NCBI RefSeq assembly: GCF_009914755.1
Contig: NC_060934.1
Length of the DNA stretch: 64,000 bases
Direction: 5' to 3' (one strand)
Source: the human T2T-CHM13v2.0 reference genome, Homo sapiens
In this document: positions 43,427 through 64,000 of the stretch, piece by piece
Position numbering within the stretch: position 1 is the stretch's first letter
Layout: the number at the start of each line of letters is the position of its first letter
Program-made: the position numbers and the translations under genes
Notes under the pieces: generated by a model
Told to the model about the DNA's origin: nothing
What the model saw: the letters and a program-made list of their open reading frames with translations, nothing else
The model's database searches: none

Positions 43427-46300
43427 CTGTCCTTTACCACTGAGTGGCTTCTGTGGCTTATAATTAAAAGCCCTGCCCGGTCCACTCCCATTGATAGAAC
43501 TCACTGGAGTCCTGGACCTCCAGCCCACACTGTTACTGTTCAGCTCGGAGCCATTCCTCCTCCTGCCTTGCCAACATGGGCCTGATATTGTTTAAGCAGC
43601 AACATGTGCAACTCTGTGGGGGAACTATGATCAGTCTCAGGCTGCCATAACCATCCTAGTCCTTTTCCCAGGATACTACTTTCTTACCCACATAGTTGCT
43701 AGGGGTGACTGTGTGGTTCGTTCCTGGCCACAGATAAAGGGGGGCTTCTCAGGACATTTTTCTTTCTGATAATAAGAAATCCTCTTTTCCTGCTTAGTCT
43801 CTTCTTACCTTGAATGGAGTTGTATAAAGATGAAATGCTTGCAGCCATAGCAGCCATTTTGTGGCCATGAGGCAACAAAGTTAAGGATTAACAACAAACA
43901 AACAAAAAACACCAGTGAGGATGGCAAGAGGAAATACGGTTTATTGGTTCTCAAAGACATTGTCAAGCCCTTGAACCAACATCAGCAGCATCTACCTCCA
44001 CACTCTGTTCTAGGAGAAAATGGAGCCCTTTGTGTTTAAGGAATGATTAACTGTATACATATCCTTTTAGTTAAGGCTCAGAGCTGTCCTAACTTATTCC
44101 AGTCCCCAGGCAGTGTGGCTCATGCCCACAGGGATGGTTTAGAGTTGGTGCTGGATAACCCTGTTTGCTTTTTCTTCAGGCTAGAGTGGCAGATTCCACA
44201 ATGAACTTTGGAATCGTGCCCTGCATGAGTGAGGCCTCCATTTCCTCAGGAGTGAGTTTGCCCAGTCCCCTTGCAGACAGATTTATGGCAAGCCAGTCCC
44301 TCCCCTCCCTGAGAAACCCAATTGCCAGCCCTGGGCAGCCCACCCTCACCCTATGGCAGGCCCGTGGGGTCTCATGGCCCCTCTGGATCTCCCTGTGGTT
44401 GAGATGAGATCCCCACATTCTGCAGGTGAGGCCCTGGCGGAGAAGTGACTTATCCAAAGTCCCACGGGCAGGGTGTAGGGGCTGGCTCCAGTTTTGTAGG
44501 ATCCAAGCTTGGGGGTCCCACTCCAGTAGGAGTCTCTCTATTTGCCCCAGGGCCAGGGTCACAGGGACTTCTGGGACAGTGGATGACCAGGTGGAGTGGG
44601 CGCTTCCGGGCAGCAAGCTGAAGTGGGCTTGAGGAAGCCTGTGTTCTCCTGGGCCTGAGAAACAGGTTTCTGTTGCAACAGTGCTGTAACAGCCCTGGAC
44701 CTCAGTGGCTTCCAAAATAATCATTTACTTTCTCTCTCCTGGTTCAGGAGTCAGCTGGCATGGTTTTGCTTCAAGTTGTGGGTCCAGATCATTTGGGAAG
44801 CAGCAGAGACCTGGGGATGCTCTTGCCTGGTGGGCAGCACAAGCACGAGAGGTGCACCACACAGGTGCGTTGAAAGCCCCTGCCCGTGCCAAGTCTGCTG
44901 AAGTTCCATTGGCCAAAGCCACTCACTTGGCCAAGCCTGTAGTATCAGGGTAAGTGAGTGTGTTCTACCCGCTCTGTGGGGTGGCCCTGCAAGGCCACCT
45001 GTGTAATCCTATTACAGGTGGATGAGTGAAAGGTCAGGATGAACAATCCAATCTAACAGGTCCCACATGCTCCACAGTGACCCCAAAGCCACAGTAACAC
45101 TCTAACCCCACCTACACCACTGGGCAGGATCTCCTCAGGGCAGGGGGGCGGGGGTGCTGCCTCACGCAGGAGCTGCCTTCAGGTCTGGCTGGCCCCAGGG
45201 CCTCTGCAGATCCATTCTTGCTCAATTCCTAAGAGTTCAGGGTTTCCCATCTTGCCTCCCATCAGCTCTGGGAAGCCAAAGACTCCGTCTGTTTCTCAGA
45301 GGAAGAACTTGAAGTTCAGGGAGCCAGGGTGTGGCTGAAGATTGCAGGGCAGACTCCCTGCCTCTGCCCAACCCCCACTGCCATCCTGAGCCCAGCAGGG
45401 AGGTGCTGAGTGGTCAGGCTCGCCTCCCTGAGCACCTGCCTCCCAGGAGGGACACACTCCCAGCCACTTGCCCCTTTCCTCCATGCCACCCCCACGCTCA
45501 GCCTATGCCCTCCCTGCAGAAATGCAGGGAAATGCAGCCGTGGACTGCAGGGTGCAGCCTGCCCTGCTCGGGGGACCTCTCAGCTCTTGTTTGCATTTGG
45601 CAGCCCCTGAGCTGGCCTGGGGACAGATTTTTATTTGCCTTGCTCAGGGTTTTATTTGTTTCAATGGAGCCAACACTAAACAGTCAGATTTCACAAAGAA
45701 TTCAGATTTAATTTCTATTCCTTTTGAAACAGTGAAAGATTTGCCTACATGGGGCCCACTTAGCTGCGGAGCAGGTCTGCTGGGGCTGCCTGGTGCCCCA
45801 CCCCCCACCCCCCACCTCAGATGGGTTAAGGACCCCTGCCCCAGCCCCCACCACTCCCTGCTGCCTCACACCCAAACAACTTCACTCATTTTCTATATTG
45901 GTCTTTATGCTGCTGGCATATGAGCTGTGACCTCTGATTTAATCCAGTTCCCAGAGGCCCAGAGAGGGGAGACTCCTGTCTGGGGTCTATGGCCAGTCAG
46001 GAGACCTTATTTCTCTTTCTCTCTTCCCAAGAACTTCATCTGGATCCCTCCTGTGGACTCCAACCCAGAGGCCCAGTCTCTGCTTCCTGCCCCCAGTGGC
46101 TCAGGCTAGGGGCTTTCTCTCCAGGCAAAGCTGTTTGTGTCCTGGCTTAATAAAGCTCCCTGGCATTGCTGCCCCAGGGGTACACTCACCCGAGGAAAAA
46201 GTCCAGACTGACAAGAGGCTCTGGGAGACATGGGGGGCAGGGGGGCTCATATCTCTGAGCTATACAGCGAAGCCCTGCAGATGTTTAATATTGGATCGTT

Positions 46301-47320
<1,020 letters not shown>

Positions 47321-48903
47321 GGGCTTTTAGGAGCCAGTGGGGCCCCAAAGGCACACCCTGCTGATTTCCTGGGGGTGAGAAGGACTGGGCTTTGGTGCAC
47401 AACCCCCTCCCCTGCCCCAGGAACACCTGGGGCCCAGGCCCTGCCAGCCAAAGCCTCCTGTGCCTTCCAGCCCTGGCAGCCTCTCTGGGCCCAGATCCGT
47501 CACACTGGCACCCATCCTGCCCCGGGCCTGGCCTGACTCCATCCAGTCTGCTCACACCAGCATTGACTGTGCTTGGGCAGGTTACTGAAGCAGCCTCAAG
47601 AGCACTGAATAATTCAGGCCCACGTAATGGGATAATGAATTTACCGACAGCCTGGTGTGGTCTCTGTACTTACATTTTGAGAAATACTGACTCCGTAGGC
47701 CCACTGGCAGGCAAGGGAGGTACACACCCCGAGAAACTGTTGCGTCTGCCTATTCGTGGGGTTCAGGCCTGACAGAGTGGGGACCCAACTTCGGTCTCAG
47801 TGGGTCTTCCCCTGCTTGGGGAAGTGGGGAGTCTGGGGCAGGGGGAGGCCTGAGTGGAACTTTGGGGAGAGGTGGAAGCAGAATCCCAGGAGTTCAGAAA
47901 GGCAGAGCTTGAAGGGAGCCTGGCTGCCCTTGGTCCTGCACGCCCATTTCATGAACAGGGAAACTGAGGTGGCAGGCGGGACTGCCTATGCCCCTGGACA
48001 CTGTTCTGTGCTGACAATACCAGGGATGACTCGTGGCTCTGGGGAAGAGACCTGTGTATTTTCCTTCTAGTCTGCAGTTACCTGTCCCCCAGCTGCTGGG
48101 GGGAAGGGGGTGTCACTGCTAATGCCCCACAGCTGCCCCTTCACTGGAGATGTGTCCTTAGCCAAACGAGAGCCACCGCCACGTGGAAGGCCACGCTCTG
48201 CCTGCCAAAACCTGGGCACACTGTGGCTGACTTCCATGGTGGTACAAGAGCGGGAGTAACTGTGTGACGCTCTCTATGCTCCAGAATCCCCGGGGAATAA
48301 GGCTACTGTGGGACTCCAGCTGAGACCACATTCCAGCTTCGCCTTCACCCCCTTCCCTACCCTACTTCTCTCACTCCCCTTCTCCTCCAAACCTCCACAG
48401 CAGATCATTTGAATGGAGTTCGGTCTCAGAGTCTGCTTCTGGGAGTCCACCTAAGACCCCATATTTCCTGGCCCAAGCCTCCCTTCTGAGCACCGCCCCA
48501 GAGCACCAACAGGGCTCAGAGCCAGGACTCCTTGGCCCTGGCCCTGGCTCCACTACATGACTGTGAGGAAATCACTGGTCTGCCCTGGGCCTCAGTTTCC
48601 CCATCTGTGTGATTGGTTGGCAGGAGGATCTTTCAGGGTCCCTTCCAGCTCTGAAGTTCTGTGACGTGACCTGAGGTGCCAGGAAGCCTTCTCCCTCCCC
48701 CGCCTAGCCCCACAGGCACATGGAATTCTGCCACTGGGGCATCACTTTTTCCTCGAAGGAGTTTTCACAATGCAAAAGCATCTGAGATGAGAATGAGCAT
48801 CCAATCAGGTGATCACACCACAGGGCAGAATTTCTCAGTGTGGGGTTCTTGGATCACCTGCAATGAGTTCTTCACCTGAAGGGGTGTTTATTATTATTAT
48901 TAA

Positions 48904-52530
<3,627 letters not shown>

Positions 52531-54487
52531 GAAGTAAGGGATGGCTGGGGCAGCAACTAAAATACCAGTGTAAATGTAGTGAGATGAAAAAAATTTACCA
52601 GAACATCCTCTGGGAGGCTACTGTACGTGGCTGGAATAATTTATTTTCTGAGTAGTTTGGGGTTGAGGTGGGGCACCAGATCTTCCCCCTAAAAAGTGTA
52701 TGTTTCAATAGCAACATGTAGTTGAATAATAACAGACAGCTTCCCTAATGCCTTCTAAAGTAGGAAAAGAACCTGGGTTTTGCTTTGTGGGATAGTCCTT
52801 TCTCTTAAATAAATGTTGAATTTTTATAGAAAGAGAACCAATTTGAATATTAGAGTGTTTCTGGCCTCTACATATCTCAGAATGGTGTTGTTTACTAATG
52901 CTTACTCCATCAGAACACTGATTAACTGTGAGGTGCAGTTGCCTGGTTAAGTGTTGGGCTTCCCCATAGACTGTAAATGACCCTGTGGGGAGGGACAGGC
53001 TCAGTCTTGCTCCCCACTAAATTCTCAGAAGTTCTTGGCACAAAGTAGGTGGTTCATAGTTATTTGCTGAAAGCATGAACATTGGAAAAGGAACAAATTG
53101 GATTTAAATCTATATGATGACTAAAGACACACAAATCTATTAGCTGCAAAACATCTAACAATGCTAGAAAAATTACTTTTGAAATCCCTTCAGTTAATGG
53201 AAGAGCCTTTAAGAAGGTAAGGGAATTACCAGAGGCCAGAAATGAACTGGAAACATCAGTCCAGGAAGTAAGTGATTGTGAAACTGCTGCACACCCTGAG
53301 GACATCTACCTCACTGGGCCGCCTGAAACCTCCACAGCTTCTGAGGCACAAGAAAGAAGCAAGAGGTCTTAAAAATTACCAGGAAGATTTAAAAAAGAAC
53401 CAAACAGAGCTTCTAGAAATTTAAATATATCAGGTATGAAATTAAAAACTCAATGATACAGTTAAATAATTGAATAGACACAGCTGGAGGTGGAATTTGT
53501 AAACTGGAAGATAGATCTGAAAAAATTACACATAATACAGCATAGAAAAATGGAAAGTATGAAACAGGTTAAGAGGCATAAAGGATGGAATAAAAAATAT
53601 TTAATATACATCTAAGCAGAGTTTTGAAAATTATAAGTAAAAAGGGAGAGAGGCAATATTCAAAGAGACAGTACCTGAGAGTTTTCCATGATTATTAAAA
53701 AACATGAATCCTCAGATTCAGGAATTCCAATGATCTCAAACAGGATAAACAGAAAGAAATCCATACATACTTCATAGATACATCATATCTATAGATACAT
53801 CATAGTCAAAGTGAAGAATACCAAAGACAAGAAGATCTTAAAAGAACCAAAAAAATAAGTATTTTTTTGTTCACAACTTTTTTTTTTTTTTTTTTTAGAA
53901 AGGGTCTCACTCTATTGTCCAAACTGGAGTGCAGTAGTATGATCTCAGCTCACTGCAACCTCTGTATCCTGGGCTCCATTGATCCTCCAGCCTCAACCCC
54001 CCAAGTAGCTGGGACTATAGGCACATACCACTGTGCTTGGCTAATTTTTGTATTTTTTCTAGAGGTGGGGTTTTGCCATGTTGCCCCTGGACTCAAGCGA
54101 CCTGCCGATCTTGGCCTCCTAAAGTGCTGGGGTTACAGATGTGAGTCACTGTGCCCGGCCACACAACTTCTATAATTAGAAGAAATTAGACTAATGGCTG
54201 ATTAGTAATAACAGCATCAATATTAGCAATGAAAGACAGAATATTAATTTCAATAGGCTTTTAAAAAGTCACAAAACTAAGGACTATACACCCCAGTGAA
54301 GAACTACACACCCCAGTGAAACTATCTTTTTGGAGTAAGTGTGGATCCTAGGTGTATACTCAAGAGAATTAAAAACATATATCCACATAAAAACTTGGAC
54401 TTAACATGTTCATAGCAGCATATTCATAATAGCCAAAAAATGGGCCTGGTGTGGTGACTCACACCTATAATCTCAGCACTTAGGGAG

Positions 54488-55494
<1,007 letters not shown>

Positions 55495-55713
55495 GGGAGG
55501 ATGAGGCAGGAGTAGCGCTTGAGCCCAGGAGTTTGAGACCAACCTGGGAGCATAGAGGGACTCCATCTCTACATTTTTTTTTTTTAATTAGCCAGGTGTT
55601 GTGGCATGTGCCTGTGGTCCCAGCCACTTGAGAAGCTGAGGTGGAGGGGATCGCTTGAACTAGGGACATCAAGGCTGCAGTGAGCTGTGATCACACCACT
55701 GCACTCCGGCCTA

Positions 55714-56154
<441 letters not shown>

Positions 56155-56861
56155 TCATGAAAAGGAATAAAATTCTAATTCATGCTACAACATAGATGAA
56201 CCTTGAAACCATGCTAATTGAAAGATGCAAAGGCCACATGTTGTATGATTTCATTTATGAAATGTCCAGAATAGGCAAATCCATAGGGACAGAGAGTAAA
56301 TTAGTAGCTGCCAGGACCCAGGGTATTGGAGGGGAATAGGGATTGACTGCTAATGGGCATGAAGTTTCTTTTTTGAGTGATGAAAAGTTCTGGTGTTTGC
56401 AAAACCTTATAAACATACTAAAACCACTGAATTATATGCTTTCAAAGGGTGAATTTTATGGTATGTGAATTATATCTCAATAACAAATGCAAAAAACAAG
56501 ACTAAGTTTGGAAATAAAGACATTTTCATTTACGCTAAAACTGAGAGAAGTTATATACAACAGACCCCATGCTCCCCCAAAAGAATTTCTGACGAATGAA
56601 CATGAAGAGAAGAAAAATGATCTCAGGGAGAAAGTCTGAAGTATTAAAAAAAAATGATGAATTGAGAAAACAATAAAAATATGGGTGAAACTAAACACCC
56701 TTACTGTCCAAAAGAATGTCTGTTCCATGGGGTTAAACAAGAGATGAAGCTAAAAGGCTGGGCGTGATGTGAATGGAAGTAAAGTCTTCAAAGTGCCCTG
56801 CCTTGTCCAGGAGAAGGCTACGATATTGGTTAATATTAGACTATGTTAAGTTCAGTAATCA

Positions 56862-58068
<1,207 letters not shown>

Positions 58069-58424
58069 TTAAAAGGCATAGACTATCAGACTGCGTTAAA
58101 AAAGAGACTAGCTAAATGCTGCTTACGTGAGATGCATCTAAAACATGAGGACAGATTAAAAAATTCTAAGTAAAACAGTCAAAAACAAAAAACAACAAAA
58201 AAACAAAATCCTCAAAACTACTGACCAAAAGAAAACCAGCATAGACATATCAGTATAGACTAAATAGACTTTAGGGCAAAAAGGTGTTACTAGAGGTACA
58301 GAGGGTTGGCCTGATGTGGTGCTCCTGCCTATAATCCAAGCACTTTGGGAGGCTGAGGCAGGAGGATCTCTTGAGGCCAGGAGTTCAAGACTAGCCTCGA
58401 CAACATGGCAAAACCTTGTCCCTA

Positions 58425-58607
<183 letters not shown>

Positions 58608-59027
58608 CTAAAAAAATAATAAATTAATTAAAAAAAGAAATATAGAGGGTGAATAACAAAATTTAAATTCATCAGGAGAAAATTATAATTCTAACTTCAT
58701 GGATACCCAATAATATAGCTTCAAAATATATGAGGTCTTTTATCAGATATATGATTTACAATATTTTCTCCCTTTCGGTGGGTTGCATTTTCACTTTATT
58801 GTTGGTGTCCTACGGGCATAAAAGTTTAAAGTTTTAAGTTCAATTTGTCATTTTGTTTCTTTTGCTGCTCATGATTTTGGGGTCATTCTGAGAATCCTTT
58901 GCCAAATCCAAGGTTATAAAGATTAAATAATTAGCCAGGCAGGGTGGCACACGCCTGTGGTCCCAGCTACTTGGGAGGCTGGGGTGGGAGGATCATTTGA
59001 GCCCGGGAGGTCAAGGGGGTGCAGTGA

Positions 59028-59437
<410 letters not shown>

Positions 59438-60183
59438 TCTTCTAAGAGTTTTACAGTTTAGCTCTTACATTTAGGTCTTTGATCCATTTTGAGTTAATTT
59501 GTGTAGTCCATTGACTTATATGCCTATTTTTGTGCCAGTACCAAACTATCTTGATTACTCTTGCTTTGTAGCAAGTTTTGAAATCAAAAGTGTGAGTCCT
59601 CCTACTTTGTTCTTTTTCAAGATTGTTTTGGTTATTTTGAGTCCCTTGCAGTTCCATATGAACTTTAGAATCAGCTTGTCAATTTCTATAAAGAGGTCAG
59701 CTGGGGCTCTGATAGGGACTGCGTTGAATCTGGACTCTATAGTCTTACGTCACTATGTAGGGTGACCACAGCTCCAATCAGCCAGTCCTTCAGAGGACAA
59801 AGGGCCTTCTGCCTAAGTTGGTCTGCCATGCCCCCATGTGTATGTCCTCAAGTGGCCCCATTAATGTGAGTGCTATTCGGACTGAACATGTGTATTCAGA
59901 GTCTAGATAGCTGAAATAGAAACCCAGGCTTTTGAGACCCTTCTAAGATTGTCACCATGACTGTAGTAATGGATGATCTTAGGTTGGGTCCTCCAGGAAG
60001 CAGACCCTGAGATGAAGATTTGAGGGAAAATAGTTTTGTGGGATGTAGGCCCAGGAGACGCTGGTAGGGCAGTGGGGAAGTGAGCTGGGTAGGGGGTGGG
60101 AGAAAATCAGGAGAGTGTGCCTAAATGAGCAGGGCATCACTGTGGGCATCTGAGGCTCAGTCCCTCTGGGAGAGGGTATAGAA

Positions 60184-60678
60184 CAAGGCTTCTCAACCTT
60201 GGCCCTACTGACATTTTGGGCCAAATGTCTTGGAGACAGAGTCTTGCTCTGTCGCCCAGGCCGGAGTGCAGTGATCTCAGCTCACTGCAACTTTTACCTC
60301 CTGGGTTCAAGCAACTCTTGTGCCTCGGCATCCCAAGTAGCTGGGATTACAGGTGTGTGCCACCATGCATGGCTAATTTTTGTATTTTTAGTAGAGATGA
60401 GGTTTCATCATGTTGGCCAGGCTGGTCTCAAATTCCTGGCCTCAAGCAATTCGCCTGACTTGCCCTCCCAAAGTGTTAGGATTACAGGCATGAGCGACTG
60501 TACCCGTCCTGGGCTGGATGGTTCTGTGTTACAGGGGGCTGTCATGTGCACAGTAGGAAGTTTAGCAGCATCCTGACCTCTACCCTCTGGATGCCAATAG
60601 CAACGACTCAACCAAAATGTCTCAGATATTGCCAAATGTCCCTGGGAGTCCAAAATCATCTCAGATTGAGAACCACTG
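60184..60678. mobile_element. MER20-like hAT DNA transposon with an internal Alu, inside an older LTR
   Basis: Termini caaggcttctcaacctt / ttgagaaccactg; body aaaatgtctcagatattgccaaatgtccctggg. Confidence 0.75.
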
Positions 60679-61479
60679 ATGTAGGACATGTCTCAGAATT
60701 GTCCCATCCATGAGGTGAGGGAGCTGGGGTATTTATACTCCAACTCCCATTCGTCATTGTTTTAGGGCTGCTTTGTGGGCATCAAGTCCCTAGCACCTCT
60801 AGCTTGTCCTGAGGGTTGACTGAACATGATCCCAGGCCAGAGGGAGCTCTCAGGCAGTATTGTAGGCACCCATAGTATGAAGCCACCAGTGTGTATGGAA
60901 ATATTGAGGACTGAGGGGGTGTGGGCACTCATAGTGCAGCTACATGGATCTTGCCATGCGTAGCATTGGAGACCATGATTCCTCCTAAGATTTGCAGCTC
61001 AGCCTGGAAGCCCGTGTTCCTGGGGCTTTGCAAAAGGAGCATTGCATGTGCCAGGGCATACAGTGTTGAAACCAACCTAACCCTGGGCAAGCCGTTGGCT
61101 CCTTGGCTGATTCTTGGTTCTGTGCTCTGTCACAGGCCTGGCCCAACTGCTGCAGAATGAGGAAAGATGGCCTTGGAGAATTTCAGATTGAAAATCTTTA
61201 AATGATCTTGTTTGCTGGGTAGAAGGCATTAGGGGAAGGAAGTGCCCATAGAATTCTCTTCCTCTTCCTCCCTCCATCTCAGCTCCATAAAACAAGTCTC
61301 AGCTTTCTGTACCCACCTCTGACCTCTAAGGGTGTTCTCCTTTTTCAGTATGCTGTGTGACTCTGGGCAAGGCATACCTCCTCTCTGGGCCTCAGTCTGT
61401 CTTCTGTAAAACATGGGGGTGGGGTGGACCAGATGACCTTGAAATATCCTGCCAGCTCCAGTGGCTGCTGAGAGCCCAC

Positions 61480-62260
61480 GGAGGCAGCGGGGAGCCTCCA
61501 GGCAGCCAGAGCCCGGGGGCCAGCGGAAAATGTGACTTCGTTACAGCTCGGCCCCCAGTGGCGCTGCTGGCCTCTGATCTTTGAACATTTCCATAGTGCA
61601 CCCGACACGTCGGGCCCGGTCATAGCCCGGCGCAGCCCCTCGCTCACTCAGGAACATCTGCTACAGCATTTACCACGTTAATAGATTAGCTTTGAGAATC
61701 GGGCAGGTGTTTTCCAACCAAGCCAGAAAACATCAAAATCACATTGCTCTCCAAGCCTTTCCGCACAGGCAATCGAGTTAGAATGACTCATATGGTCTAA
61801 CAGATAATAAAACACACATAACATTTGCTTTAAGGTACAGGTGGGGGTATTTTGTCCCGCACATAGGAGAAACAAAAACTCACTCTATTTGGGAACAGGG
61901 TAATTGAATACAGATGGGAGGAGGTAAATGAAAGAATTTAGCAAATATCTCAGTGGAATAGCTAATGGGAATGAGACAGAATAGGAAATTAAAAATTATT
62001 CGAAGCAGATGGACCATTCTTTGAGTTTTAAAAAATTTATTAGGGCCGCGAGAAAATGTGTCTGTTTATTTTCTGCGGCCATGAAATTAATGACTTGGTG
62101 AGTTTTGCTTGTGCAATTTTATGACTGCCATGTCATCTGTCATAATTTGGGGACTGTTTGATATGGATTTATGAGTGTCCCCACCCCCCCGCCCCTCCCT
62201 GATTTATTGGTGTGGGTCATGCGTGAATTAGGCTGTCCCCTTTTGAGGGAGCAGCTCGGA
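61480..62260. promoter_or_regulatory. Candidate conserved non-coding element / developmental enhancer
   Basis: Repeat-free; contains TGATTTATTGG, TTTTATGAC, tandem TGTCA, TGTTTATT and CTTTGAA motifs and a small CpG-rich patch. Confidence 0.55.
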
Positions 62261-62649
62261 TGGTGGCGTAACCTCGCAGGCCCTGGGCAGGGGCTCCGGG
62301 GAATTCCTGGCCAAAAGGTGAGTGGAAAAGCTGTGAGGAAGCAGCAGGCTCACCTGGCTGAACTTCCTCTACTCGGGTGACCTCAGCCTGCCCTGGCCAG
62401 GGAGGAGGTGTCAAGACCGGGAAAACCAGCCCAGGCTGCTTGTGCTTGGCTGGGGCTAGGGTGGGGCCGTTGCTGTAGCCTCAACCCAGTGTAAGGGCCA
62501 CCTGGCTCCTTGTCCCTCCAGTCCTTACAGCCGTGCTCACCTGCCCCCAGACCTGAAGCTCAGGGAAGGAGAAAAATATTCACAGTTATTTGGGGTCTGG
62601 TTGTGCCTGGCCAGGTGCTGGGGTTTAAGTACATTTTCTAGATGGTGGT

Positions 62650-64000
62650 TAACATAGGGCTTTGCAACCCGCAGACATGAATTCAGTTTTGCTTTGATTC
62701 TTCTGAGCTGTGTGTCTCTGGGCTGATCACTACCCTCTCTGAACCTTGATTTCCTCATCTTTAAAAAACAAAATAGGGCCAGTGCGGTGGCTCATGCCTG
62801 TAATCCCAGCACTTTGGGAGGCTGAAGCAGGTGGATTGCCTGAGCTCAGGAGTTCAAGACCAGCCTGGCCAGCATGGTGAAACCCAGTCTCTACTAAAAA
62901 GTACAAAAAATTAGCTGGGTGTGGTAGCACGAATCTGTAATCCTAGCTACTTGGGAGGCTGAGGCAGGAGAATCACTTGAACCTGGGAGGCAGAGGTTGT
63001 AGTGAGGCAAGATAGTGCCACTGTGCGCCAGCCTGGGCAACAGAGCCAGACTCCATCTAAAAAAAAAACAAAAAACCAACCAATCAAACAAAAAACCAAA
63101 ATAGAAGCATCTAACATTAGGGAGTTTTTGAGGATCAAATGAGATATTGTAACAACCCCTGCCCCCAAACACACATAGCAAAGAGCTAGTAAGTGGTAAC
63201 TATTATTATTCTTAATAATCATCCCATCAACATCTTACAGTAGATATTATTATTTCCCCCTGACAGGTGGGGAAACTGAGGCTCAGAGAGTTTGAGTGAT
63301 TTGCCAGAAGTTACACAGTTAAGGGGATGAACCTGGGCTTTCTTCCATAATGCTGGAGCCCATCTTGTTCTGAATTGGGATATGCCAGGCCTCAGTGGCA
63401 CAGTTCAGGGCTACAGACTCATGACCTTGTCCTGTAGTTCCTCTGGCTGGGGCCTAATCTCATTCCATACCCAGCCTAGAGGTCTACTGCAAACTCTGTC
63501 CTGGTGACTAGTCAGGCAGCAGAGACAGAGAGCCTCTTATCAATCCCATTGCTGGGGCCAGCTGGGCACCTTGCCCAGGTGAGGGTGGAGGAGTCTGTCC
63601 AGTCTCAGGAACAGGCCCATCCCAATCCCCTTACCTATTCTGACCCAGCTCATTGGACATTGGAGAGCAGGGCTTGCAATGGCAGGGCTGGAGGCCCCAC
63701 TCAGGCCAGGGAGTTCTCTGACGGCGAAGCCCCGCTTTTAACTAAATGTCATGCCCGGTGGTGTTTGACCTCAGAACAGGCTGTGGGTAGCATTGGGTCT
63801 CATCTAAGTTCTTCTTTTCAGCTCCACCTGTTCCCAGAAGCCCAGTCCAAGCCCGCTCTGTGCCTCTCTCAGCATCTCCAAATTAGAAACAAAAAAAACT
63901 ATTTGCTGGACGAGTGCGGTAGCTTATGCCTTTAATTCCAGCATTTTGAGAGCCGAGGAGGGCAGATCACTTGAGGTCAGGAGTTCAAGACCAGCCTGGC
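62650..64000. mobile_element. MIR fragments, an Alu (62777-63100 +) and a truncated Alu at the window end (63907-64000)
   Basis: MIR core acaggtggggaaactgaggctcagagag; Alu consensus. Confidence 0.8.

Noticed and set aside
44176-44724. 182-aa minus-strand ORF
   Set aside because: No recognisable homology or exon structure; overlaps MIR/LTR-like remnants.
45620-45745. AT-rich repeat-free patch as a third enhancer
   Set aside because: Too few clear motifs to distinguish from background without conservation data.

Overview
Hominid (human or great-ape) genomic DNA. From recall, not a search, it matches the human 10q22.2 VDAC2-COMTD1 locus. Two complete protein-coding genes can be rebuilt exon by exon. 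VDAC2 lies on the + strand (9 coding exons, 885 nt, 294 aa) and has an alternative N-terminal exon giving a 309-aa form. COMTD1 lies on the - strand (7 exons, 789 nt, 262 aa, SAM-dependent O-methyltransferase). The genes are convergent and each has a CpG island. The rest is dense in Alu, LTR, L1 and MIR repeats, including several nested insertions with visible target-site duplications (TSDs). Almost all ORFs in the supplied track are Alu-derived or GC-rich artefacts. I cannot support a wholly new biological system here. The best leads are: two repeat-free homeobox/PBX-MEIS motif clusters (candidate developmental enhancers); an Alu-flanked, stop-free, frame-closed block of VDAC2 exons 5-8 (candidate circRNA with an infinite ORF); a uORF-generating cassette exon in VDAC2; a near-perfect CTCF site in the last VDAC2 intron; a sense-oriented ERV remnant with poly(A) signals in VDAC2 intron 8; and a very young AluYc1-like insertion. 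Repeat subfamily names come from recalled consensus sequences, and repeat boundaries are approximate.
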